From a virus (taxonomy: Duplodnaviria > Caudoviricetes): a stretch of DNA of 39,321 nucleotides. Shown piece by piece: positions 20,394 to 30,531 of the stretch. The stretch is from positions 1-39,321 of the IMG/VR virus record IMGVR_UViG_3300025635_000061. One strand, written 5' to 3'. The position numbers were made by a program, and so were the translations under genes. The first letter of the stretch is position 1, and every line of letters starts with the position of its first letter. The notes below the pieces were generated by a model, which did not search any database, was not told where the DNA came from, and saw only the letters and a program-made list of their open reading frames with translations.

Positions 20394-20399
20394 CACTAA

Positions 20400-20407
20400 C
20401 ATAAATA
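20400..20407 (+). promoter_or_regulatory. Putative T4-type late promoter
   Basis: Intergenic CATAAATA, 5 nt before ATG 20413, with no SD. T4 late consensus is TATAAATA. Confidence 0.55.
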
Positions 20408-20412
20408 ACTAA

Positions 20413-22836
20413 ATGGCTACATCAGGAAATACCGTACATAAAATACAGAAGTTTTCGTATACCGATGCGAACAACACAACTGTTTATAACTCTGACGTAA
20501 AAGTTCAGGGAAATCTTACAGTCGTTGGCGCATCCGTATACGCACAAACTGAAACACTCTTAGTTAAAGACAATATTATTACGCTCAATGCAGCGATTAA
20601 TCAGTCTGGAACACCCCTATTCAATGCAGGTATTGAAGTTGATCGTGGTAACCAACCAAACGTATCATTCATATGGAATGAATCTACACAGGCATGGCAA
20701 TTCACTAATAACGGAACAACTTACGAATCTTTAGGTGGTGGTTCATCTGGTATCTATGCTAATGGTGCATTTTTACAAGCGAACGGTGCATATGCTCATG
20801 CTAACGCAGCATTTTTATCTGCAAACAACGTAGCACCTCAAGTACAACCTGCATTTGATAAAGCTAATGCTGCATTTGCACTTGCAAACTCATCAAGTGC
20901 ATGGGGTACACGACAAGCATTTGTTGCGACTGCTGGACAAACAACATTCTCTCCAGGGTCTGGTTATCTTCCAGGGTATATCGATGTATACTACAACGGA
21001 TTAAAATTATACGGTGCAGAAGATTATACTGCAACCGACGGGGTTAATGTAACTCTTACAAATCCTGCGACATTAAATTCTATTATTGAGATCGTTGGAT
21101 TTGGTGCAAACGTACCTGCTGCGAATGTGTACGTTTTAAATTCAATGACAAGTTTATTGAATCGTCAAACATTCTATGCGAATAGTGGACAAACAACATT
21201 TACAGTAACAGGTGGATATCGTGTAGGGTACGTTGATGTATACTACAACGGTATTAAAGTTAATATCCCTGAGGATGTAACGGCAGGAAATGGTACGACA
21301 ATTAATTTTGTTAATATATCTCCAACAGTAAATTCTATTATTGAAGTTGTTGGATTGACTCCTAATGTTGCACTTGCAAATGCAATACCAATTACTGGTG
21401 GTACAATCTCTGGTGGATTGAACATCGCAGGTAACTTAATACCAACATCAGACAATACTTATTACTTAGGTTCTGCAACTAATCGTTGGAGAAGTTTATA
21501 TGTTGGTGCAAACTCTATTGACATCGATGGTTTAGTTCTAAGCAATTCTGGTGGTACTCTTGCGATTAGTACACCTAGTGGATCGCCATCAACATTCATC
21601 GATACATTTGCACGAGGACAAGCTAATGCCGCATTTAATTCTGCAAACAACGTAGCACCACAAATAGAACCGGCATTTGGTAAAGCAAACTCTGCGGGAT
21701 TATATGCTAACGCAGCATTCCTTGCTGCAAATACTGCTAATGCTGCAATTGCAAACATTAATGTATATGGTGCAAACACAACAGCAACTGGATTCTTCTC
21801 ATTACCTGCAGGTAATACTGCACAACGTCCAACTTCTCCATCACCAGGAGCTCTAAGATTCAATACAGCAAACGCTGCTTTAGAATTATATTACAATGGA
21901 TGGAGTACCGTATACTATGCTGGATCACTCTTAGCAGAAGGTGGAACAATTGTAACTTCTGGTAATTATAAGTTACATATTTTTACTGGTTCAGGTTCTT
22001 TCACAGTAACTTCAGTACCCTCATCTGGAGCATATGTTGACTGGTTAGTAGTTGCCGGTGGGGGTGGAGGCGGTGGTCGTCATGGAGGAGGCGGTGGAGG
22101 TGGAGGTGTAGTCTACGTTTCTCAATCTACTATATTGACGACTGGAACATATACTGTTACTGTTGGTGCCGGTGGTGTTGGAGCTTTAACAGATGTAGTT
22201 GGTGGTAATGGAGCCAATTCTTCTTTTGGCGCATACGGTACTGGTGTTGGTGGAGGAGGAGGTGGAACTTATGTTGGAAATGATACTAGAATAGCTGGAC
22301 AACCTGGAGGTTCAGGTGGTGGTGCTGGACATGGACCAACATCAGGTGGTTCAAAAACTCAAGGTACTTCACCATATGGAACAACGTATGGAAACGCTGG
22401 TGGTAACAATCCTGGTAATGCTCAAGAAGGTGGCGGTGGGGGTGGTGCTGGTGGTGTAGGTTTTGATGGGCAATCACAAACAATTGGTGGAGCCGGTGGA
22501 CCAGGAATATCACTTCCAATTTACAATGATTACTATTGGGCAGGTGGTGGTGGTGGTGCAGGATGGGAACAACCTGCCGGTGTTGGTGGTATTGGTGGCG
22601 GAGGTGGTGGTGGTGCAGGTTCTGTTCCATCTACTACGTATGCTGGTGGCGGATCTGCATTGAATACTGGTTCTCCTGGAGTTGGTGGCGGTAGTGGTGA
22701 AGTTAGTGGTGGGGCAGGCGGAACAAATACAGGTGGAGGCGGAGGAGGTTCTGGACAATATGGATATGCGTCATATAATGGACATGGTGGTAATGGTGGT
22801 TCTGGAATTGTTATTATCAGATATAGGTATCAATAA
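20413..22836 (+). CDS. Modular fibre with glycine-rich tip
   Basis: DNIITLN..AGIEVDRG module, 2x GQTTF..DVYYNG modules, YYLGS...RW.SLY module, PAGNTAQRP joint, polyglycine tip ending GGSGIVIIRYRYQ. Confidence 0.75.
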   Translation: MATSGNTVHKIQKFSYTDANNTTVYNSDVKVQGNLTVVGASVYAQTETLLVKDNIITLNAAINQSGTPLFNAGIEVDRGNQPNVSFIWNESTQAWQFTNNGTTYESLGGGSSGIYANGAFLQANGAYAHANAAFLSANNVAPQVQPAFDKANAAFALANSSSAWGTRQAFVATAGQTTFSPGSGYLPGYIDVYYNGLKLYGAEDYTATDGVNVTLTNPATLNSIIEIVGFGANVPAANVYVLNSMTSLLNRQTFYANSGQTTFTVTGGYRVGYVDVYYNGIKVNIPEDVTAGNGTTINFVNISPTVNSIIEVVGLTPNVALANAIPITGGTISGGLNIAGNLIPTSDNTYYLGSATNRWRSLYVGANSIDIDGLVLSNSGGTLAISTPSGSPSTFIDTFARGQANAAFNSANNVAPQIEPAFGKANSAGLYANAAFLAANTANAAIANINVYGANTTATGFFSLPAGNTAQRPTSPSPGALRFNTANAALELYYNGWSTVYYAGSLLAEGGTIVTSGNYKLHIFTGSGSFTVTSVPSSGAYVDWLVVAGGGGGGGRHGGGGGGGGVVYVSQSTILTTGTYTVTVGAGGVGALTDVVGGNGANSSFGAYGTGVGGGGGGTYVGNDTRIAGQPGGSGGGAGHGPTSGGSKTQGTSPYGTTYGNAGGNNPGNAQEGGGGGGAGGVGFDGQSQTIGGAGGPGISLPIYNDYYWAGGGGGAGWEQPAGVGGIGGGGGGGAGSVPSTTYAGGGSALNTGSPGVGGGSGEVSGGAGGTNTGGGGGGSGQYGYASYNGHGGNGGSGIVIIRYRYQ

Positions 22837-24500
22837 TGTCAAAGTCATACGATAACGCAAAAGAATTAGAGTACATAAACTATATTCCTGGTAATAATAG
22901 TTTAAACTTTACTGCTACAGTAATAGGTAACGGTGCTCCTATTGTTGATGCAACCGCTGGCGTGTATGCTAACGGTGCTTTCTTACAAGCTAATTCTGCA
23001 TACAACGCTGCTAATAGTGTTAATGTTTATGGCGCTAATACTGCCGTTAATTCTTTCTTTGCAATTCCACAAGGAACGACAGCAGAACGTCCTGCGTCAG
23101 CACAGTTAGGTTCTTTAAGATACAATACGACAATAGGAGTTGCAGAAGTATATACATTATCTGGATGGACTACAGTAACTGGTGCTGTACCAACAATTGT
23201 TAATGTTACTCCTGCCAGTTATGGTGGTAATACTGGTGCATTGTTTACAGTATATGGAACAGGATTTCAACAAGATGCATCGGTAAGATTTGTTACTGCA
23301 AATGGAACTGAGTATACTGCTGCAACTGTTTCTTATGGTAATACTACAACATTGCAAGTGACAACACCAAGAGCATTTACTGTTGCAGAAGGACCATTAG
23401 ATGTTAGAGTTATTCAAGCAAATGGTACTGCTTCTGTAACAAAGTTTGATACAATTCAAACAGGAACTAATCCAACATGGAATACTGCATCTGGAACTCT
23501 TGCAACAATTTATGATAATGCAACTGGAACACATGCAACTATAAATGCATATGATCCCGAAACAAGTATAACATACACGATAGATTCTGGTTCAATTCCA
23601 GCAGGAACTACCTTAAACTCATCGACTGGAGCAATTAGTGGTGATCCAACTGATGTTGAGTCTCAAACAACAAGTACATTCACAGCAGCTGCAACTGATG
23701 CTGGTGGAAATCAAATAACAAGATCATTTAGTATTATTGTAAGACCTTATCTAGATGGTTCCACAAGTGTAAAAGCAGCAGGTTCACCTGCTCAAATTGC
23801 ATCAATAATGGGATCAGTACCAACTAACGGAGTTTATTGGTATAAAAATTCTGGTTATAATTCTGGAAATGCATTTCAAGTATACACAGATTGGACAATT
23901 AATAGTAATACAGGATATATGATTTTAACACAATCACAACTATCCGGTACATTAATAACAAACTTTACAGACGTTGGAACACTCTCTACTAGTGTTTCAG
24001 GAACTAGAGGACATAATAATACATTTAGAGAAGCAACAGCAACTATTTTAACTGGTTGGAGTGGGGATACTTCAAATAGATGTATAGTTGGTCAATATCG
24101 AACTTCTACGGGAACATCTTTATCAACAGCTTCATACCTTCAATGGATACAAATGGCTGTAACTCCATCAGTATTTAAAGCTATGTTTGATAATGTTCCT
24201 AGTGGTGGTGAATTCACAGGTTCAATATCTGCTAGGTCTGCGGGAGGAACAGGAAGTTTTTATTGGTCTAAAACTAATACTGAATATCCAAACCATTTAC
24301 AGATGGGCAACGCTCTAACTGATAATGGTTGGAATGGATCAAATTATGTAGAAATAAGACAAGCTGGTGGAGATGCCAATCATTCATTCTTTGTTGCAGG
24401 TGATGGTGGTGGAAGTTATTATGCTGCTTCACTAAGTTATAATGGCGGGTCCGGTGAGAGAGTAGGATTTTTTGGATTTGCTCCAAACAATGTTATCTAA
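22836..24500 (+). CDS. Fibre with shared N-terminal anchor, IPT/Ig domains and a divergent fibrinogen-like tip
   Basis: MSKSYDNAKELEYINYIPGNNSLNF anchor; PQGTTAERP; IPT plus Ig; NGVYW...FQVYTDW...GYM tip. Confidence 0.7.
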   Translation: MSKSYDNAKELEYINYIPGNNSLNFTATVIGNGAPIVDATAGVYANGAFLQANSAYNAANSVNVYGANTAVNSFFAIPQGTTAERPASAQLGSLRYNTTIGVAEVYTLSGWTTVTGAVPTIVNVTPASYGGNTGALFTVYGTGFQQDASVRFVTANGTEYTAATVSYGNTTTLQVTTPRAFTVAEGPLDVRVIQANGTASVTKFDTIQTGTNPTWNTASGTLATIYDNATGTHATINAYDPETSITYTIDSGSIPAGTTLNSSTGAISGDPTDVESQTTSTFTAAATDAGGNQITRSFSIIVRPYLDGSTSVKAAGSPAQIASIMGSVPTNGVYWYKNSGYNSGNAFQVYTDWTINSNTGYMILTQSQLSGTLITNFTDVGTLSTSVSGTRGHNNTFREATATILTGWSGDTSNRCIVGQYRTSTGTSLSTASYLQWIQMAVTPSVFKAMFDNVPSGGEFTGSISARSAGGTGSFYWSKTNTEYPNHLQMGNALTDNGWNGSNYVEIRQAGGDANHSFFVAGDGGGSYYAASLSYNGGSGERVGFFGFAPNNVI

Positions 24501-24522
24501 ATCAAGATCATTTACATCATAA

Positions 24523-24530
24523 CATAAATA
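24523..24530 (+). promoter_or_regulatory. Putative late promoter
   Basis: CATAAATAGA in the intergenic gap, 4 nt before ATG 24535, with no SD. Confidence 0.55.
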
Positions 24531-24534
24531 GAAC

Positions 24535-24897
24535 ATGCCAACAAAATCAGCAAATAACGCAATAGAATTAAACTACGTAAATTATATTGCTTCAAATAAT
24601 ACGATAAATTTTACCGCTACTCCAATTAGTGGAGGTGCTCCTATTGTGGATGCAACGGCGGGAATATATGCGAATGGTGCTTTTGCACAAGCTAATGCTG
24701 CATTTAACTCAGCGAATAACGTAGCGCCACAAATAGAACCTGCATTTAGTAAAGCAAACTCTGCGGGATTATATGCAAATGCATCTTTCGTACAAGCAAA
24801 TGCATCTTTCATACAAGCTAATGCTGCTTATAATACCGCAAATAATGCAGGTGGTGTTGCAGCGTTACCAAACATATTAATGTTATCAGGAATGTAA
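24535..24897 (+). CDS. Short stalk protein (shared anchor, heptads, hydrophobic tail)
   Basis: NNAIELNYVNYIASNNTINF anchor; AN heptads; C-terminus LPNILMLSGM. Confidence 0.7.
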   Translation: MPTKSANNAIELNYVNYIASNNTINFTATPISGGAPIVDATAGIYANGAFAQANAAFNSANNVAPQIEPAFSKANSAGLYANASFVQANASFIQANAAYNTANNAGGVAALPNILMLSGM

Positions 24898-24898
24898 A

Positions 24899-25231
24899 AT
24901 GCCACAAGTATATAAAGTTTTAGGACAATCAAATCCAACAGCAAACACTAATACTGATGTTTACACAGTACCAGCATCAAATTCTGCTATAGTTTCCACT
25001 ATTACTGTTTGTAATGCAAACATAAATGCAAACGTAAACTACTCTATTGCAATCAGACCGGCAGGTGCTGCAATTGCACAAAAACATTACATTACGGCAA
25101 ATGCTGTTGTTGGTTTTTTAGATACGATTGTTTTAACATCAGGATTAACATTGGGTAATGGAGATGTAGTTACGGTATTTACAACTGGTTCAACTGTTTC
25201 TTTTAATTTATTTGGATCCGAAATTTACTAA
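24899..25231 (+). CDS. 110-aa YTVP cap/adaptor protein
   Basis: MPQVYKVLGQSNP...YTVPA...STITVCN...GLTLG.GD...FGSE; paralogue of 27990. Confidence 0.7.
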   Translation: MPQVYKVLGQSNPTANTNTDVYTVPASNSAIVSTITVCNANINANVNYSIAIRPAGAAIAQKHYITANAVVGFLDTIVLTSGLTLGNGDVVTVFTTGSTVSFNLFGSEIY

Positions 25232-25233
25232 AC

Positions 25234-26124
25234 ATGAGTGTTAGATCAACAATATCCGAAACGCCTAAAATACGTAATGTTAATCCACGAAGGGTATCCA
25301 ATCCTCGTAATCCATGGGTTGCTCTATTACTAGAGTATCTTGTTATTGGTGGCGGTGGTGGCGGTGGTAGTTTTATTGGTGGCGGTGGTGGCGGTGGAGG
25401 TATGCGATATGGCACTTACCAATATCAAACTGGTGTAGCATATACCGTTACTGTTGGAGCAGGTGGAGGTGGAGATAGTTCTGGTTCCGCATCTGTTTTT
25501 TCAGACGTATCTTCCGCAGGTGGTGGACGAGGTGGTCGTGCTGACTCAGGTCCTCCAGGGCAACCAGGAGGTTCGGGTGGTGGAGGTGCAGGACCAAACA
25601 ATACAGGCGGTGGTGCCGGTAATACTCCAGCAGTAAGTCCGTCACAAGGTTTTAATGGTGGTAATGGTGGAGGATCAGGTGGTGGTGGTCGTGCTGCAGG
25701 TGGTGGTGGCGGTGGTGCTGGTGCAGTAGGTGGAGACATTCAATCTGCACAACAAGGTGGTACTGGTGGTGCCGGTGCTACTTATGGAATTACTGGACCA
25801 ACTGTTACTTACGCAGGCGGTGGTGGTGCAGGTGGAGACGGACAAGGAAACACAATGCCGGGTGGTTCAGGTGGTGGAGGAACTGGTAGAGGAAGTGGAC
25901 CAGGAGATGCGGGAACTGCAAACTTAGGTGGAGGTGGTGGCGGTGGATTGAACGGTGGGGGAACTGGTGGTTCTGGTGTGATTGTTTTAGTTTGGCCAGC
26001 AACTGGTTCTGGAACTACTGCTACTGTATCTGCTGGATTGACCGCAGTTGTTGATACTGCTACTAGAAACGGATACAAAATCTACAAGTTTACTGCTGGT
26101 ACAGGAACAATTACATTTAGTTAA
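25234..26124 (+). CDS. Glycine-rich tip protein
   Basis: EYLVIGGGGGGG...YTVTVGAGG...GGSGVIVL...YKIYKFTAGTGTITF. Confidence 0.75.
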   Translation: MSVRSTISETPKIRNVNPRRVSNPRNPWVALLLEYLVIGGGGGGGSFIGGGGGGGGMRYGTYQYQTGVAYTVTVGAGGGGDSSGSASVFSDVSSAGGGRGGRADSGPPGQPGGSGGGGAGPNNTGGGAGNTPAVSPSQGFNGGNGGGSGGGGRAAGGGGGGAGAVGGDIQSAQQGGTGGAGATYGITGPTVTYAGGGGAGGDGQGNTMPGGSGGGGTGRGSGPGDAGTANLGGGGGGGLNGGGTGGSGVIVLVWPATGSGTTATVSAGLTAVVDTATRNGYKIYKFTAGTGTITFS

Positions 26125-26510
26125 TGGGAATCAATATGGCACACTACGCATTTTTAGACGGAAACAATATAGTAACTCACGTTATAGTTGGAAAAGAAGA
26201 AGGTGAAGATGGTATCAATTGGGAAGAATACTATGGTGAGTTTCAAAAACAAAAGTGTAAAAGAACTAGTTACAATACATATGCTGGCGAACATAAATTA
26301 GGTGGCACACCTTTTAGAAAAAACTATGCGACAATTGGTGGAATGTATGATGAGTTTAGAGATGCATTTATACCTGCAAGAGTTTTTAATTCTTGGACGT
26401 TAAATGAAACTACTTGTCAATGGGAACCACCCATACCATACCCAACAGGTGATGGTAATTATTACACTTGGGATGAATCGATTTTAAACTGGAAACAACA
26501 GGAAACATAA
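26124..26510 (+). CDS. MAH(Y/F)A-family small protein accompanying glycine-rich tips
   Basis: MAHYAFLD.NN.V..V...RTSYN...FRKNYA..G..YD...DAFI...SW.L.E.T..W.PP.P.P. The start may be 26136. Paralogue of 30532. Confidence 0.7.
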   Translation: MGINMAHYAFLDGNNIVTHVIVGKEEGEDGINWEEYYGEFQKQKCKRTSYNTYAGEHKLGGTPFRKNYATIGGMYDEFRDAFIPARVFNSWTLNETTCQWEPPIPYPTGDGNYYTWDESILNWKQQET

Positions 26511-26516
26511 AAATAA

Positions 26517-27989
26517 ATGGTAGCCCCATCTAAAATAAGAAATAATGCTATTGAATTAAATAAGATTCAATACATTGACGGAAACAATAGAATAAATTTC
26601 ACAACTGATGTTTATTCTAATGGTTCTCCTATTGCAGATGCAACTGCTGGATCATACGCAAATTCAGCGTTTATTCAAGCTAATGCAGCATTCAATAGTG
26701 CAAATAATGTAGCACCACAAATTGAACCAGCATTCTTACATGCCAATGCTGCCTTTGCATCATCTAATACAAAGTTACCATCTTCGGGTGGTACTATTGA
26801 TGGTAACTTAGCTATTACTGGAAACTTGATTGTTAGTGGTACTAGAGTTGAAGTTAATACTGGTACTGTACTTTTAAGTGACAATATCCTTACAATTAAT
26901 TCAGATTTACCAAATAATATAGTACCTACAGAAAATGCCGGTATTGAGATTAATCGTGGTTCATCTTCTAATGTTGGAATTATTTGGAATGAGACCACTG
27001 ATTCTTGGACATTCACAAATGATGGAACTAACTATGAAACTTTAGGTGGTGGTTCTGCTGGATCATATGCTAACTCTGCATTTATCAAAGCTAATTCTGC
27101 ATATGCAACTTTAAATACTGCATCTGCTTGGAGTGTAAGAGAATCATTCAAAGCAACAAATGGACAAACAATATTTAATGTATCTAGTGGTTATCTTCCT
27201 GGTTACATAGATGTTTATTATAACGGATTAAAGTTATACAATACTGAAGATTATACTGCAACAGACAGTTTAACTGTTACTTTAACATCATCAGCACAAG
27301 CAAATGATGTTATTGAAGTTGTTGGACTAAAAGCAAATGTTCCTATTACTGAACTCACTACATTAGCTTCTGCAATAACAGGAACGGTAACTCGTCAAAC
27401 ATTTTTTGCAACCGCAGGTCAAACAACATTTACAACGTCAACACCTTATCGTGCTGGTTACGTAGATGTTTTCTATAATGGTTTAAAACTTAATATTCCA
27501 AATGACGTTACTGCATCTGATGGTGCAAACGTCACAATTACTGGATTAACTCCTGGGTTAAATGATGTTATTGAAGTTGTTGGTATAACTCCAAACATTT
27601 CTTTAGTCAATGCGATACCAATTACTGGTGGTTCTGTTTCAGGTGGATTGACACTTGCAGGAAATCTATTACCTGCTGCAACTAACACATACTATCTTGG
27701 TTCAGAAACTTTACGATGGAAAAGTATATACGTTAGTGCGAACTCTATTGACATTGATGGAATCGTACTAAGTAATTCTGGCGGTACACTTGCTATATCG
27801 TCAAATACTGGAGTGCCTTCAACATTTATTGATACCTATGCAAGAGAACAAATCAATACACAACCTGTTCTAAATAGAGGGCAGTATATACAAGCAAACA
27901 ATACAATTAACTTTAATGTCGCTATTACAGCAAATGGACAAACTATTGCTGGTGGTGGATTAAGTCCGTTTCTACTCATGGGTGCATAA
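26517..27989 (+). CDS. Modular stalk/fibre protein, paralogue of the 20413 body
   Basis: Shared anchor, DNILTIN..AGIEINRG module, 2x GQT.F..DV(Y/F)YNGLKL, YYLGS..LRWKSIY; C-terminus LSPFLLMGA. Confidence 0.75.
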   Translation: MVAPSKIRNNAIELNKIQYIDGNNRINFTTDVYSNGSPIADATAGSYANSAFIQANAAFNSANNVAPQIEPAFLHANAAFASSNTKLPSSGGTIDGNLAITGNLIVSGTRVEVNTGTVLLSDNILTINSDLPNNIVPTENAGIEINRGSSSNVGIIWNETTDSWTFTNDGTNYETLGGGSAGSYANSAFIKANSAYATLNTASAWSVRESFKATNGQTIFNVSSGYLPGYIDVYYNGLKLYNTEDYTATDSLTVTLTSSAQANDVIEVVGLKANVPITELTTLASAITGTVTRQTFFATAGQTTFTTSTPYRAGYVDVFYNGLKLNIPNDVTASDGANVTITGLTPGLNDVIEVVGITPNISLVNAIPITGGSVSGGLTLAGNLLPAATNTYYLGSETLRWKSIYVSANSIDIDGIVLSNSGGTLAISSNTGVPSTFIDTYAREQINTQPVLNRGQYIQANNTINFNVAITANGQTIAGGGLSPFLLMGA

Positions 27990-28322
27990 ATGCCAACCGT
28001 TTATAAAATTTTAGGTCAGTCAAATCCAAACGCAAATGTTTTAACGAATATTTACACAGTTCCAGCATTAAATACTGCGGTAATTTCTACAGTTAGTTTT
28101 TGTAATGCAAATCTAACGTCAAATGCTTTTGTAACAATGTACGCAGTACAGTCTGGTGAACAACCAAGTTCAAATAATATGATTACGAACAGAGCAATTC
28201 TTCCAATGACAGATACGTTGATTTTTACAATAGGTATGACACTTGCTTCTAATGATCGTATTGTTGCAAATGTAACTACTGGTAATATTAGTTCATCAGT
28301 CTTTGGTTCGGAGAACTATTAA
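27990..28322 (+). CDS. 110-aa YTVP cap/adaptor protein
   Basis: MPTVYKILGQSNP...YTVPA...ST..FCN...FGSE. Confidence 0.7.
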   Translation: MPTVYKILGQSNPNANVLTNIYTVPALNTAVISTVSFCNANLTSNAFVTMYAVQSGEQPSSNNMITNRAILPMTDTLIFTIGMTLASNDRIVANVTTGNISSSVFGSENY

Positions 28323-29422
28323 TGACATTTGGATTGTTATCATATCTAGGTGGTAGAGTACCAATTACTGGTTCTCTAAACATATCTGTTCCTTCAGCAC
28401 CAGACACGACGAATAGTTTTATGACTATTACCACATCTGGTGCTACTGAAACCATTTCGGGTGACTATAAGATTATTGCGTTTTATGGTTCAGGAACTAT
28501 GAACGTGAGATCATTAGGTATAGATAGTGTCTCTGGTTCTACTGTAGAAATTATGATGGTTGCCGGTGGCGGAGGTGGTGGATTAGATATGGGTGGTGGT
28601 GGTGGAGGTGGTGGATACTATGCATGTACTTCATTCAAAGTCTTCCAAACAGAATATACAATTACAGTAGGTTCAGGTGGTGCAGGTGCAGTTTGTGATA
28701 ATGGAACAATGAATCAAGGTGATTCTCAATATTGTAATAGAGCAGCATCTAATGGAACATCATCTATAATCACTAGTCCATATGGAACAATGGAAGCTTT
28801 TGGCGGTGGTGGTGGTGCGTCAAGACATAGTGCAGAAACAAACAAAGCAGGATCAGGTGGTTCAGGTGGTGGTGCTTCTGGACAATATGGAAATCATGGT
28901 AGAGCTATAAGAGGAGACATGGGATATCCCGGTAGAACATCGGGTGGCATGTGGTATCCAGGAGGTGGCGGTGGTGCTGGATCAATAGGAATGCATGGTG
29001 CTGAAACTGCAACACCCGCTGGACCAGGAAATAACAATTCATATAATGCTGGTCATGGTGGTAAAGGAGTACAGAATTCTATTTTAGGTCCTGCATACTG
29101 GTGGTGTGGAGGTGGTGGTTCAGGAGGACATTCAGGTAACGGTGGTAATGGTGGAACTGGCGGTGGCGGTGGTGGTGGTCAAGCATATTACGTTCAAAAT
29201 CAAGGTATGGGTGGAGCTTCTGGAATTAATGTTGGTTCGGCTGGACAACAAGCATCTCCAGTAGGATCAACAAGTACAGGTACAGGATATTCAGGTGGTA
29301 ACGCTGGTCAATATACTGGAGGCGGAGGCGGTGGAGTTTCCCACAGAACAACAAATCAAACTGGCGGTACAACTGGTAATGGTGGTTCTGGTATTGTAGT
29401 CATCAAATACAAATTTCAATAA
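28322..29422 (+). CDS. Glycine-rich tip protein
   Basis: MVAGGGGGGLDMGGGGGGGG...YWW.GGGG...GGSGIVVIKYKFQ; tandem paralogue of 29437. Confidence 0.75.
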   Translation: MTFGLLSYLGGRVPITGSLNISVPSAPDTTNSFMTITTSGATETISGDYKIIAFYGSGTMNVRSLGIDSVSGSTVEIMMVAGGGGGGLDMGGGGGGGGYYACTSFKVFQTEYTITVGSGGAGAVCDNGTMNQGDSQYCNRAASNGTSSIITSPYGTMEAFGGGGGASRHSAETNKAGSGGSGGGASGQYGNHGRAIRGDMGYPGRTSGGMWYPGGGGGAGSIGMHGAETATPAGPGNNNSYNAGHGGKGVQNSILGPAYWWCGGGGSGGHSGNGGNGGTGGGGGGGQAYYVQNQGMGGASGINVGSAGQQASPVGSTSTGTGYSGGNAGQYTGGGGGGVSHRTTNQTGGTTGNGGSGIVVIKYKFQ

Positions 29423-29436
29423 TTGGAGAAATACTA

Positions 29437-30516
29437 ATGTCGTTTGGTTTATTATCAGCATTTTCGGGAAGCATTCCAATTAGTGGAAATCTTTCTGTTA
29501 CCGTAAGTCAAAATGTTGACATTACTGGAACATATCTAACTGCTACTGGTGGTTCTATTACCTATTATGGTAATCAAAAGATTCATACATTCTTTGGTTC
29601 TGGTGCATTTCAAGTTCTTTCTGTAGGTTCCGATCCTAACGATGGATCACAAGTTCGTTACATGGTCATCGGCGGCGGTGGCGGTGGAGGACGTGACATG
29701 GGAGGTGGTGGCGGTGCTGGTGGATATCAAGCAGCTACTGGATTTCCTGTAAGTGTTCAAACATATACAGTTACCGTTGGTGCAGGTGGTGGAGGTGCGA
29801 CTAACGTACCCGTAGGAACAGCTGCTTCGGACGGTTCTGTACAAGCAGGTGCTAATGGAAGCCCAAGTATATTCTCATCTGTAACATGCCCTGGTGGTGG
29901 CGGTGGTGCTTCAAGACATAATACAATATCAAATTACGCAGGATCAGGTGGTTCAGGTGGTGGTGCTTCTGGATTAAACGCAAATCGTGGTGTAGCATTT
30001 GGATCACAAGGATATCCTGGAGCTACAACAGGTGGACCATACTGGCCAGGTGGTGGTGGCGGTGCAGGAGGTAGAGGATACAATGGTGCTGAAACTAACA
30101 CAAGCACTAGAGCACCTGGAGATGGTTCAAATCAAAATGCTCCTAATGGTGGTATTGGTGTAAGTAATGATATTCTTGGCGCAATCTATTGGTGGGCAGG
30201 TGGTGGTGGTGGCGGTGGTCACTCCAGTTATGGTGGTAACGGCGGTTCCGGTGGTGGAGGTGGAGGTGGACCAGCACACTTTAATAACAATTATGGACGT
30301 GCAGGTGGATTGTCATTCACATTAGCAAGTCCAGGAATTGAAGGTTGGCCATACTCAACAGATAGTTCTAGTAATGCATATTGTTCCGGTGGTAGAGGAG
30401 CTCAATTTAGTGGTGCTGGAGGAGGTGGTGCAGCACACACTCATTCTGTAACAGGTGGTGATGGTGGTCCAGGAGGATCAGGAATTGTGGTTATCAGATA
30501 TAGATATAAAACTTAA
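29437..30516 (+). CDS. Glycine-rich tip protein
   Basis: GGAG SD; M(S/T)FGLLS start as in 28322; MVIGGGGGGGRDMGGGGG...GGSGIVVIRYRY. Confidence 0.75.
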   Translation: MSFGLLSAFSGSIPISGNLSVTVSQNVDITGTYLTATGGSITYYGNQKIHTFFGSGAFQVLSVGSDPNDGSQVRYMVIGGGGGGGRDMGGGGGAGGYQAATGFPVSVQTYTVTVGAGGGGATNVPVGTAASDGSVQAGANGSPSIFSSVTCPGGGGGASRHNTISNYAGSGGSGGGASGLNANRGVAFGSQGYPGATTGGPYWPGGGGGAGGRGYNGAETNTSTRAPGDGSNQNAPNGGIGVSNDILGAIYWWAGGGGGGGHSSYGGNGGSGGGGGGGPAHFNNNYGRAGGLSFTLASPGIEGWPYSTDSSSNAYCSGGRGAQFSGAGGGGAAHTHSVTGGDGGPGGSGIVVIRYRYKT

Positions 30517-30531
30517 TAGGAGAAAATTAGA

